Source: Candidatus Fervidifonticultor sextus (GTDB taxonomy: Bacteria > Sysuimicrobiota > Sysuimicrobiia > Sysuimicrobiales > Humicultoraceae). Taken from it: a DNA stretch of 21,719 nucleotides. The stretch is from assembly GCA_031459875.1 (NCBI GenBank), contig JAVKHQ010000040.1:1-21719 (forward strand), written 5' to 3'. The first letter of the stretch is position 1, and each line of letters opens with the position of its first letter. The position numbers and the translations under genes were made by a program. A model generated the notes under the pieces. That model was not told the DNA's origin. It worked only from the letters and a program-made list of their open reading frames with translations, and made no database searches. Positions 1 to 7,599 of this stretch are shown here, piece by piece.

Positions 1-1
1 T

Positions 2-109
2 CATCTGAAGGTCAAGAAGCGCCCGAAGCGGCGGCGGTCGTTGCGTGCGGTCGTCGCGGTGCACGCCGCCGATGAGGCCCGAATCCGGCGGCTGCTGCCG
101 GGTACCTAG
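2..109 (+). CDS. rpmI: 50S ribosomal protein L35, C-terminal part (5' end outside window)
   Basis: Frame 2 reads HLKVKKRPKRRRSLRAVVAVHAADEARIRRLLPGT*, the basic L35 C-terminus, directly upstream of rplT. Not in the ORF track. Confidence 0.9.
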   Translation, partial: HLKVKKRPKRRRSLRAVVAVHAADEARIRRLLPGT

Positions 110-166
110 GGCGGGCGTGGAGGATCGACCCGACGAGACGCTGGGGGCAGCAGAGGGGAAGCGATC

Positions 167-526
167 ATGGCACGCGTCAAGCGCGGCGTCACCGTGCGCC
201 GCCGGCACAGGAAAATTCTGCGGCTGGCCCGAGGATATCGGGGGGCCAAGAGCCGATGGTTCAAGCTGGCCAACCAGTACCTCGTCCGGGCGCTGGCCCG
301 CGCCTACGCCGACCGGCGCCTGCGCAAACGGCAGTTCCGCAGGCTCTGGGTCTCGCGGATCAACGCCGCGGCCCGCCAGAATGGCGTCACGTACAGCCGC
401 CTGATCAGCGGGCTGCGCAAGGCGGGGGTCACGGTGAACCGGAAGGTGCTGGCCGATCTGGCGGTGCGCGACCGCGCCGCGTTCGACGCCCTGGTCGCGC
501 GCGCCAAGGAGCAGTTGGCGAAGTAG
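167..526 (+). CDS. rplT: 50S ribosomal protein L20
   Basis: MARVKRG...ARGYRG...[25 protein letters not shown]...[10 protein letters not shown] is the L20 signature; purine-rich RBS upstream. Confidence 0.98.
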   Translation: MARVKRGVTVRRRHRKILRLARGYRGAKSRWFKLANQYLVRALARAYADRRLRKRQFRRLWVSRINAAARQNGVTYSRLISGLRKAGVTVNRKVLADLAVRDRAAFDALVARAKEQLAK

Positions 527-598
527 GCGGCCCGGGGGCCCCGCGGCGCCACACCGGGGAACCGCGGGGCAGGCCCGGCGAGGTCGCTGATCCGCGCG

Positions 599-1951
599 AT
601 GGCCCGGTCACTTGTCCTGCCAGGACGCCGGCGGGCGATCCGGTTCGTCCTCAGTCCCGCCCAGACCATCATCATGGGTTTCGCGTCCATCATTTTGGTG
701 GGCGCCGTCCTGCTGACGTTGCCGGCGGCGTCGGAATCCGGCCGCCCGACCCCATGGCTCACGGCGCTCTTCACCGCCACCTCGGCCACCTGCGTGACCG
801 GCCTGGTGGTGGTGGACACTGCGGATCACTACTCGACGTTTGGGGAACTGGTCATTTTGGGGTTGATCCAGGTTGGGGGCTTCGGGTACATGACGTCGTG
901 GGCCATCCTGGCGCTCCTCCTGGGCTGGCGGATCGGCCTGAGGGAGCGGATCGTGCTCACCCAGGCGCACGGGCTCTATGAGGTCGGCGGCGTGGTCCGG
1001 TTCACCCGACGGATCATCGGCACCGCGCTGGTGGTGGAGGCCGTGGGGGCGGTGATCCTGGCGCTCCGGTGGCTGCCACAGATGTCGGTGGGCCGTGCCC
1101 TCTACTACGGGATCTTTCACAGCGTGTCGGCGTTCAACAATGCGGGATTCGACCTGATGGGCGGGTTCCGCAGCCTGACGGCGTATGTGGCCGACCCGAT
1201 CGTCTCCCTGACCGTGGCGGCGCTGATCATCGTGGGCGGGATCGGCTTCTCGGTGATCATGGACGTCCGGGCGCGGCGCCTGACGCTGCACTCCAAGACG
1301 GTCCTGCTGGCGACCGGGCTGCTGGTCGGGGTCGGCACCCTGCTGGTCTTCCTGCTGGAGTTCTCCAACCTCAAGACGCTGGGCGCGCTCCCGCCTCCCG
1401 CGCGGGTGCTGGCCGCCTTCTTCCAGGCGGTCACGCCCAGGACAGCTGGCTTCTCCACCGTAGACACCGCCGGCCTGACCCAGCCGACGCTGATGCTCCT
1501 CATCACCTTGATGTTCATCGGTGCGTCGCCTGGCGGGACGGGCGGCGGGATCAAGACCACGACCTTCATCACGCCGCTGGCCGTCATCCTCAGCACGATC
1601 CGGGGCGCGGGGGAGCCCACGCTGTTTCGCCGGCGCATCCCGATCTTCGTGGTCCACAAGGCGGTCACGCTGGCGCTGATGGCGATGGCCTACGTGGTCA
1701 CCATGTCCACCCTGCTGACCCTGGTCGAGGGCACAGAGTTGCTGGCGGCGCTCTTTGAGATCACCTCCGGATTCGGCACCGTCGGGCTGAGCACCGGTCT
1801 GACCCCGCACCTGTCGCCGCTGGGCCAAGTCATCGTGATGGTGACGGTCTTCAGCGGCCGGGTGGGACTGCTGACGCTGGCGTTCAGCCTGACCCGGCGG
1901 GAGCGACCGCCGGTCGTCCGGTATCCCGAGGAGCGACTCTACGTAGGGTAG
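599..1951 (+). CDS. ktrB: Ktr/Trk potassium uptake membrane subunit (KtrB/TrkH family)
   Basis: Four pore-loop motifs (SATCVTGL, SAFNNAGF, TPRTAGF, SGFGTVGLS), MFIGASPGGTGGGIKTTT, and C-terminal YPEERLYVG. Confidence 0.93.
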   Translation: MARSLVLPGRRRAIRFVLSPAQTIIMGFASIILVGAVLLTLPAASESGRPTPWLTALFTATSATCVTGLVVVDTADHYSTFGELVILGLIQVGGFGYMTSWAILALLLGWRIGLRERIVLTQAHGLYEVGGVVRFTRRIIGTALVVEAVGAVILALRWLPQMSVGRALYYGIFHSVSAFNNAGFDLMGGFRSLTAYVADPIVSLTVAALIIVGGIGFSVIMDVRARRLTLHSKTVLLATGLLVGVGTLLVFLLEFSNLKTLGALPPPARVLAAFFQAVTPRTAGFSTVDTAGLTQPTLMLLITLMFIGASPGGTGGGIKTTTFITPLAVILSTIRGAGEPTLFRRRIPIFVVHKAVTLALMAMAYVVTMSTLLTLVEGTELLAALFEITSGFGTVGLSTGLTPHLSPLGQVIVMVTVFSGRVGLLTLAFSLTRRERPPVVRYPEERLYVG

Positions 1952-1979
1952 CATGACACCACCGCCCGAGGGATGAGCC

Positions 1980-2630
1980 ATGGGTGAATTCGCGGTGATC
2001 GGGATGGGACGGTTCGGCAGCAGCGTCGCCCGAACGCTGCGCGAACTCGGCCACCAGGTGCTGGCCATCGACAAGGACGAGGAGCGGCTGAAGCACATCG
2101 CCGACGAGGTCACGCATGCCGTCCAGCTGGACTCCACCGACGCCGAGGCCCTCCGGAGCGTGGGGATCACCAACTTCGACGCGGTCGTCGTCGCGATCGG
2201 CACGGCGATCCAGGAGAGCATCCTCACCACGCTGGTGCTCAAGGAGCTCGGGTGCAAGCGCATCATCGCCAAGGCGGCCAACGAGCAGCAGGCCAAGGTC
2301 CTCGAGAAAGTGGGCGCCGATGTCGTCGTCCGCCCGGAGCGGGACATGGGCGCACGCATCGCTCACACGCTGGCCTCTCCCAGCGTCGTGGACTACTTCG
2401 AGGTGTCCCCGACCTTCTCCATCGAGGAACTGAGCGTGCCCGAGGGACTGTCGGGCCGGACGCTGGGACAGCTCGACCTGAAAACCCGCTTCGGGGTCAG
2501 CGTGCTGCTGGTCCGGCGAGACAGCCAGTTGCTCATCGCGCCCGCTCCCGATACGGTGCTCCAGGCCGGCGACGTGCTCGTCGTGGTGGGAGACAACCGT
2601 CAGCTCAGCCGTCTGGAGACCGCCTTCTAG
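1980..2630 (+). CDS. ktrA: Ktr/Trk potassium uptake regulatory RCK subunit (KtrA/TrkA family)
   Basis: N-terminal Rossmann motif VIGMGRFG, GADVVVRPERDMG and a C-terminal RCK_C domain; adjacent to ktrB. Confidence 0.93.
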   Translation: MGEFAVIGMGRFGSSVARTLRELGHQVLAIDKDEERLKHIADEVTHAVQLDSTDAEALRSVGITNFDAVVVAIGTAIQESILTTLVLKELGCKRIIAKAANEQQAKVLEKVGADVVVRPERDMGARIAHTLASPSVVDYFEVSPTFSIEELSVPEGLSGRTLGQLDLKTRFGVSVLLVRRDSQLLIAPAPDTVLQAGDVLVVVGDNRQLSRLETAF

Positions 2631-2641
2631 ACCGCTGGCAC

Positions 2642-3439
2642 GTGATCACCTCCACGCGCCACCCGCTCGTGCAGGCCTTTCGGCGGGTCGGCGCCCACTC
2701 CCGGCGCGATCCCGCGGGGCGCATGCTGCTCGATGGTCCCCGCCTGATCGCCGAGGCGCTGGATGCGGGTCTGGCCATCTCCGATGCGCTCGTCGCATCC
2801 CCCGTCGCCACAACTCGCCTGGCGCCCCTGGTGGCGCGCCTGCGCCAGAGCGGCGCGCGCGTGCACGAGGCGTCTCCCCGCGTCGTGCAGGCCGCGGGCA
2901 CGGTGGTGACCTCGCAGGGGATCGTGGCCCTGGCCCCCAGGCCGGCCGAAGCCAGCGAGGCGGTGCTGGATGATCCGGGCCTCGTCCTGCTGGTGGCCGA
3001 TGGTATCCAGGACCCCGGCAATCTCGGTTCGATGATGCGGACGGCGCTGGCGGCCGACGCCACGGCGGTGGCCCTGACAGAGGAGACCGCCGACCCGTTC
3101 CAGCCCAAGGTCCTCCGGGCGGCCATGGGCGCGGCGTTCCGCCTGCCGGTGCTGCGGCGGGCCACCGTGGCGCTGCGCGCCGCTCTGGTCGCTCGGAGGG
3201 TATGCATCGTGGTGGCGGATCCCCGCGGACCCCTCGACTACCTGGCGGCCCCCCTCGATCCGCCCGTCGCCATCGTGATCGGCAACGAGGCGAGCGGGCC
3301 CGATCCCGCCTGGGCGCCCATCGGGATCGGCGTGCGCATCCCCCTGTTCGGCCCGGTCGAATCGCTGAATGCGGCCGCAGCCGCGGCGGTGCTGCTCTAC
3401 GAGGTCGCCAGACGCCGTGCCGGCGGCCACCGGGTGTGA
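2642..3439 (+). CDS. TrmH/SpoU family RNA 2'-O-methyltransferase
   Basis: Start inferred at GTG 2642 (ITSTRHPLV, typical N-terminus). SPOUT motifs IQDPGNLGSMMRTA, IVIGNEASG and VESLNAAAAAAVLLYE. Confidence 0.92.
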   Translation: MITSTRHPLVQAFRRVGAHSRRDPAGRMLLDGPRLIAEALDAGLAISDALVASPVATTRLAPLVARLRQSGARVHEASPRVVQAAGTVVTSQGIVALAPRPAEASEAVLDDPGLVLLVADGIQDPGNLGSMMRTALAADATAVALTEETADPFQPKVLRAAMGAAFRLPVLRRATVALRAALVARRVCIVVADPRGPLDYLAAPLDPPVAIVIGNEASGPDPAWAPIGIGVRIPLFGPVESLNAAAAAAVLLYEVARRRAGGHRV

Positions 3440-3453
3440 CCTCAGGCCGGCAG

Positions 3454-3490
3454 GGCCCGATACCGGCTCGATTGGCTCGATGGGCTCGAT
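3454..3490. repeat. Short direct repeats: GGCTCGAT x3 (9-bp period) plus degenerate GGCCCGAT
   Basis: GGCTCGAT at 3465, 3474 and 3483; GGCCCGAT at 3454. Confidence 0.8.
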
Positions 3491-3498
3491 GCGGTGTG

Positions 3499-3528
3499 TT
3501 GCCACGATCTTTTGGCGTGTGCTATACT
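3499..3528 (+). promoter_or_regulatory. Sigma70/SigA-type promoter for yqzL-like/T-box/pheST
   Basis: TTGCCA (3499-3504), 18 nt spacer, extended -10 TGcTATACT (TATACT 3523-3528). Confidence 0.75.
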
Positions 3529-3589
3529 CTCCGCCAGCCGTCAGGTGGCTGCAGCGCTGATAGCCTGCAGCGTACCGGCAGGAGGAGCA

Positions 3590-3718
3590 GTGGACCTGAT
3601 CTGGTCGGCGGAGGCGGCGTGGCAGGTGTTCGAGGCCACCGGATCAGTCTGGGCCTACCTGGTGTACCGGCGGTATGCCGGGCGGGCCATGGTCGTGGCC
3701 ACGCTGTCCCTGAACTGA
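3590..3718 (+). CDS. YqzL-like small protein (42 aa)
   Basis: Strong RBS GGAGGAG before GTG 3590. The W-x-x-F-x-x-T-G-x-x-x-x-Y-L-x-Y pattern (AWQVFEATGSVWAYLVYRR) is what I recall for the YqzL family. Confidence 0.75.
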   Translation: MDLIWSAEAAWQVFEATGSVWAYLVYRRYAGRAMVVATLSLN

Positions 3719-3724
3719 CACACG

Positions 3725-3998
3725 GCAGGCGATGCGGGAGAGCGTCCCGCGCGAGGCCTCGTCCGCGTGCGCGCGGGTCAGGGAGGGGGGCCAGCGACTG
3801 CAAGCCCCCACGAGGACGACTCGCCGGGACATTCGCTCCCAAGCCGCCGGACTGAACGCGCGTTCGCGCCAGTAGGCCCGGCCGGAAACCCCGCCGCTAT
3901 ACGGGGAAGAGGGCCGACGCGCCTGCGTCGGCCGACGAGGGTGGTAACGCGGAGGCGAGCGCTTTCGCCCCTGGGGGCGGAGGCGCTCCAGTATTTTC
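3725..3998 (+). ncRNA. T-box riboswitch, Phe-specific (specifier UUC)
   Basis: Stem I (GCGATGCGGGAG...CTCCCAAGCCGC) with AGGGAG and GACTGCAA distal motifs and TTC specifier at 3832-3834; stem II with AGTA; CCGCTA F-box-like element; stem III GGCCGACGC-GCCT-GCGTCGGCC; T-box GGGTGGTAACGCG at about 3939-3951; lies upstream of pheS. Confidence 0.92.
3957..3998 (+). terminator. T-box attenuator terminator
   Basis: Hairpin GAGCGCTTTCGCCCC/GGGGCGGAGGCGCTC followed by CAGTATTTT; shares TCGCCCCT with the antiterminator. Confidence 0.75.
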
Positions 3999-4011
3999 GA
4001 TGGTGGTGGGC

Positions 4012-5007
4012 ATGGACACGACGATGACCGACGAACTGGACCGCCTCGTCAGGGAGACGATGGCCGCGCTGGACCGGGCCTCGACGCCGGGCGACCTGGA
4101 GGCGCTGCGGCGCAGGGCGTTGGGACGGCGCGGGGCGCTGGCGGCGCTCACCAAGCGGCTGGCCGGACTGCCGGAAGCCGAGCGGGCCGCGCTGGGCGCG
4201 CGTCTCAACGAGGCGCGGGCGCATCTGGAGGCGGCCCTGGCCGCGCGCGGTGCGGCCCTGGCGGCCGCCGCCTCGCAGCAGCCCCTGGAGGCCGAGCGCC
4301 TCGACCTCACCCTGCCCGGCCGCCGCGGGCCGCTGGGCCGCCGGCACATCCTCCAGCGCACGCTCGAGGAGATCGAGCGGATCTTCGTGGGGATGGGCTT
4401 CGAAGTGGTGGAGGGCACCGAGATCGAGACCGACGAGTTCAACTTCGGCCGGCTGAACATGCCCCGCGACCATCCCGCTCGGGACACGCAGGACACCTTC
4501 TACCTCAGCGACGACCTGCTGCTGCGCACCCAGTGTACCGTGGTGGATGCGCGCGTGATGGCGGGCCGGACACCCCCGATCCGCGTCATCACCAGCGGCC
4601 GCTGCTACCGGCGGGATGCGGTGGACGCCACCCACATGCCGGTGTTCCACCAGGTTGACGGGTTCATGGTCGGCGAGCGGATCACGTTCGCCGACCTGAA
4701 GGGTACCCTGGCCGCGTTCGCCCGGGAGATGTTCGGGCCGCAGGCCCGGACGCGGTTCCAGCCGTCCTACTTCCCCTTCACCGAGCCGAGCGCGGAACTG
4801 GCCGTGACGTTCGGCGGCCGGTGGCTGGAACTGGGCGGATGCGGCATGTTCCATCCGAGGGTGCTGGAGATGGCCGGCATCGATCCGGAGCGCTACACTG
4901 CGTTCGCCTTCGGGCTGGGCATCGACCGGCCCGCGATGGTCCGCTACGGCATCCCGGACATCCGCCTGTTCTGGGAAAACGACCTCCGGCTGCTGGAGCA
5001 GTTCTGA
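4012..5007 (+). CDS. pheS: Phenylalanine--tRNA ligase alpha subunit (start at 4012 or 4024)
   Basis: HPARDTQDTFY, motif 2 GRCYRRD..DATH.P.FHQ, YFPFTEPS, WLELGGCGM, motif 3 FAFGLGIDR. Confidence 0.97.
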   Translation: MDTTMTDELDRLVRETMAALDRASTPGDLEALRRRALGRRGALAALTKRLAGLPEAERAALGARLNEARAHLEAALAARGAALAAAASQQPLEAERLDLTLPGRRGPLGRRHILQRTLEEIERIFVGMGFEVVEGTEIETDEFNFGRLNMPRDHPARDTQDTFYLSDDLLLRTQCTVVDARVMAGRTPPIRVITSGRCYRRDAVDATHMPVFHQVDGFMVGERITFADLKGTLAAFAREMFGPQARTRFQPSYFPFTEPSAELAVTFGGRWLELGGCGMFHPRVLEMAGIDPERYTAFAFGLGIDRPAMVRYGIPDIRLFWENDLRLLEQF

Positions 5008-7070
5008 TGCGCGTCCCACTGGCGTGGCTGCGTGAGTTCGTCGACGTGGAAGAGTCGCCCGAGGCGCTGGCCGAGCGCCTGCCCATGCTCGGGCTGGGCG
5101 TGGAGGGCATCGAGACGGCAGGCGGCGACGTCGTCTTCGAGCTGGAGGTCGCGTCCAACCGGCCCGACCTGCTCAGCCTGATCGGGATCGCGCACGAGCT
5201 GGCGGCCTGGCGCCACCGGGAGGTCCGCCTCCCACCCGACGGGGTGGTGGAGGTCGATCCCCCCGCGGCCTCCCAGACCGCGGTCGAGATCGAAGACGCC
5301 ACCCTCTGCCCCCGCTACGTCGCGCACGTGATCACCGGTGTGCGGGTCCAGCCGTCGCCCCCCCCTATCGCGGCCCGCCTGGAGGCCGCCGGCATCCGCC
5401 CCATCAACAACGTGGTGGACGCCACTAACTACGTCATGCTGGAGTGGGGCCAGCCCCTGCACGCCTTCGACATGGACACGCTCGCCGGGCATCGGATCGT
5501 CGTCCGGCCGGCGGCAGCCGGCGAGACGCTGGTCACCCTGGACGGCGTCCGGCGGGCGCTCGATCCCCAGGCGCTGGTCATCGCCGACGCCCGGCGGCCG
5601 GTGGCCCTGGCCGGGATCATGGGCGGCCTCGACACCGAGATCGGCAGCGGGACGCGCCGCGTCCTGCTGGAGGCCGCGTCGTTTGCGCCGGCCAGCGTCC
5701 GGCGCACCAGTCGGCGTCTGGGGCTGCGCACCGAAGCCAGCGCCCGGTTCGAGCGCGGTGTGGATCCCGAGGGGGTGATGCGGGCCGCGCGGCGCGCGGC
5801 CCGCCTGATCGCCGAGCTCTCGGGCGGACGGGTCCTCCGGGGCGCGGTGGACGCCTACCCGGCGCCTGCGGCACGGCCGGTAATCACGCTGCGCCTGGCG
5901 CGGATCGAGCGCCTGCTGGGCGTGGCCGTCCCGGCCGATGAGGTGGTCGCGATCCTGGGGCGGCTGGGCCTGGAGGTCCGGCACGACGGCGCGGTCGTCC
6001 GGGCGGTCCCGCCGGTGGGCCGGCGGGACCTGGAGCGGGAGGAGGACCTGATCGAGGAGGTGGCCCGCCACGTCGGCTACGATCGGATCCCGGAGGCCAT
6101 GCCCGTCGAGAGGATCCAACAGGGCCGCCGGCCGGCGGAGCTCGAGGCCGAGGCCGCCGTGCGCGACCTGTTGGTGCGCTGTGGCCTCACCGAGGCGCTG
6201 ACCATCTCGCTGGTCACCACGAAACTGCTCGACCGCTTGGACTTCGATCCCGATGACCCCTGGCGACAGGCGGTGCCGCTGGTCAACCCCCTCACAGCCG
6301 ATCACACGCACCTGCGGCCGTGCCTGCTGCCGGGGCTGCTGGAGGCCGCCCGCGTCAACGTCAGCCGGCGGCGCGAGGCCGTGCACCTGTTCGAGATCGG
6401 GCGGGTGTTTCGCCCCGACCCCGGCGGCCCTCAGGAGCGGAAGTCGCTGGCCGTGGTCATGCGGGGTCGGTGGATGGAGGGCGCCTGGGACCAGCCTCCC
6501 CAGCACCAGGAGGTGACGCTCTTTCACCTCAAGGGCATCCTGGAGACCCTGGTGCGGGAATTGCGGGCAGGGACCCTGTCGGTGGAGGCCGGCGGCCCCC
6601 GATGGCTGCATCCGGGCCGATCCGGCCGCCTCAGCCTCGACGGGCAGGTGCTGGGTCTCCTCGGCGAACTGCATCCGGAGGTGGCGGCGCGGTTCGACCT
6701 GCCCGGCCGCACGTTCGTCAGCGAACTGGACCTGGCAGGGCTGCTGGACCGGGCGGTGCTGCAGCCGCGCTTCCTGGGGCTCCCGCGCTTCCCCGCCGTG
6801 CGACGGGACGTCGCGGTGGTCGCGCCCCTCGACCTGCCCCACGCGGTGGTCTGCGCGGCCCTGCGCGATGCGGCAGGCCCCCTGCTGGAATCCGTGGAAC
6901 TCTTCGACGCGTACACCGGACCGCCGCTGGCTCCCGGCCAGCGCAACCTGGCCTACACCTTGACCTTCCGGGCGCCCGACCGCACACTGACCGGGGAGGA
7001 GGTCGACGTCCTGGTGGACCGGGTGCACGCCGTGCTCCCGGCGACCCTGCCGGTGACGATCCGGACCTAG
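5007..7070 (+). CDS. pheT: Phenylalanine--tRNA ligase beta subunit, short form (687 aa)
   Basis: ATG overlaps the pheS stop (TGATG). Motifs NRPDLLS, INNVVDATNYVMLEWGQPLHAFD, EASARFERGVD, DLIEEVAR and the C-terminal FDX-ACB domain (RFPAVRRDVA). Confidence 0.97.
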   Translation: MRVPLAWLREFVDVEESPEALAERLPMLGLGVEGIETAGGDVVFELEVASNRPDLLSLIGIAHELAAWRHREVRLPPDGVVEVDPPAASQTAVEIEDATLCPRYVAHVITGVRVQPSPPPIAARLEAAGIRPINNVVDATNYVMLEWGQPLHAFDMDTLAGHRIVVRPAAAGETLVTLDGVRRALDPQALVIADARRPVALAGIMGGLDTEIGSGTRRVLLEAASFAPASVRRTSRRLGLRTEASARFERGVDPEGVMRAARRAARLIAELSGGRVLRGAVDAYPAPAARPVITLRLARIERLLGVAVPADEVVAILGRLGLEVRHDGAVVRAVPPVGRRDLEREEDLIEEVARHVGYDRIPEAMPVERIQQGRRPAELEAEAAVRDLLVRCGLTEALTISLVTTKLLDRLDFDPDDPWRQAVPLVNPLTADHTHLRPCLLPGLLEAARVNVSRRREAVHLFEIGRVFRPDPGGPQERKSLAVVMRGRWMEGAWDQPPQHQEVTLFHLKGILETLVRELRAGTLSVEAGGPRWLHPGRSGRLSLDGQVLGLLGELHPEVAARFDLPGRTFVSELDLAGLLDRAVLQPRFLGLPRFPAVRRDVAVVAPLDLPHAVVCAALRDAAGPLLESVELFDAYTGPPLAPGQRNLAYTLTFRAPDRTLTGEEVDVLVDRVHAVLPATLPVTIRT

Positions 7071-7082
7071 GAGGCAGGAGCG

Positions 7083-7592
7083 ATGACGTGGCTGGACTGG
7101 ATGGTCGTCGCCATGCTCGTGTACTTCGTAGTCCAGGGGCTGTTCAAGGGCGTGGTGGCCTCGGGCCTGGGCGGGCTGGCCATCGTGGTGAGTTACGTGG
7201 GGGCCGCGGCCGCGCTCCCGATCATCGGCGACCGCGCCGCCATGGGGACCCCACTGCCCGGCGAGTGGGCACGCCTCATCGCCTTCATCCTTACGTTCTT
7301 CCTGCTGTACGGGATCTGCATCGTGCTCATCAGCATCACCCCCGGCGGCAAGCGGCCCACCCTTCCGTCCCAGGTGCTGGGGATCGTCGCCGGCATCGTC
7401 AAGGCGATGATCGCCGCCATGGCCGCGGTCGGCGTCCTGCTGGCCTCACCGCTGTCGGACGCCTTCGCCAAGGACGTGGAGCGCGCGCCGCTCGCCAGGC
7501 ACGTGGCCGGGCTGCAGCAACGCTACATCCAGGACATCCGGAGGATCAGCCCCCTCCCCTTCCCGCCCATCGGCCCCGATCACAAGTTCTAG
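7083..7592 (+). CDS. CvpA family membrane protein
   Basis: MTWLDW...VQGLFKG pattern with about four hydrophobic helices; position between pheT and polX matches the known cvpA-polX-mutS2 order. Confidence 0.7.
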   Translation: MTWLDWMVVAMLVYFVVQGLFKGVVASGLGGLAIVVSYVGAAAALPIIGDRAAMGTPLPGEWARLIAFILTFFLLYGICIVLISITPGGKRPTLPSQVLGIVAGIVKAMIAAMAAVGVLLASPLSDAFAKDVERAPLARHVAGLQQRYIQDIRRISPLPFPPIGPDHKF

Positions 7593-7599
7593 GCCGGCG

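Noticed and set aside
527..598. GC hairpin (CCCCGCGG...CCGCGGGG) upstream of ktrB as a possible c-di-AMP riboswitch
   Set aside because: Only 72 nt, and I see none of the ydaO/c-di-AMP conserved elements; more likely a simple stabilising or pausing hairpin.
608..2359. Long antisense and alternate-frame ORFs (608-2359, 3778-5019, 4944-7028, 7993-9429, 11863-13284, 19352-20500 and others)
   Set aside because: Shadow ORFs expected in high-GC coding DNA; they overlap well-supported genes and show no recognisable motifs.
2252..2641. N-terminal extensions in the ORF track for TrmH (2252), PheT (4821), metalloenzyme (9591) and DoxX (15877)
   Set aside because: They overlap upstream genes or the tRNA; family-like sequence begins at 2642, 5007, 10011 and 16087.
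3454..3490. CRISPR-like array
   Set aside because: Repeats are 8 bp with 1-nt spacing; no spacers and no cas genes in the window.
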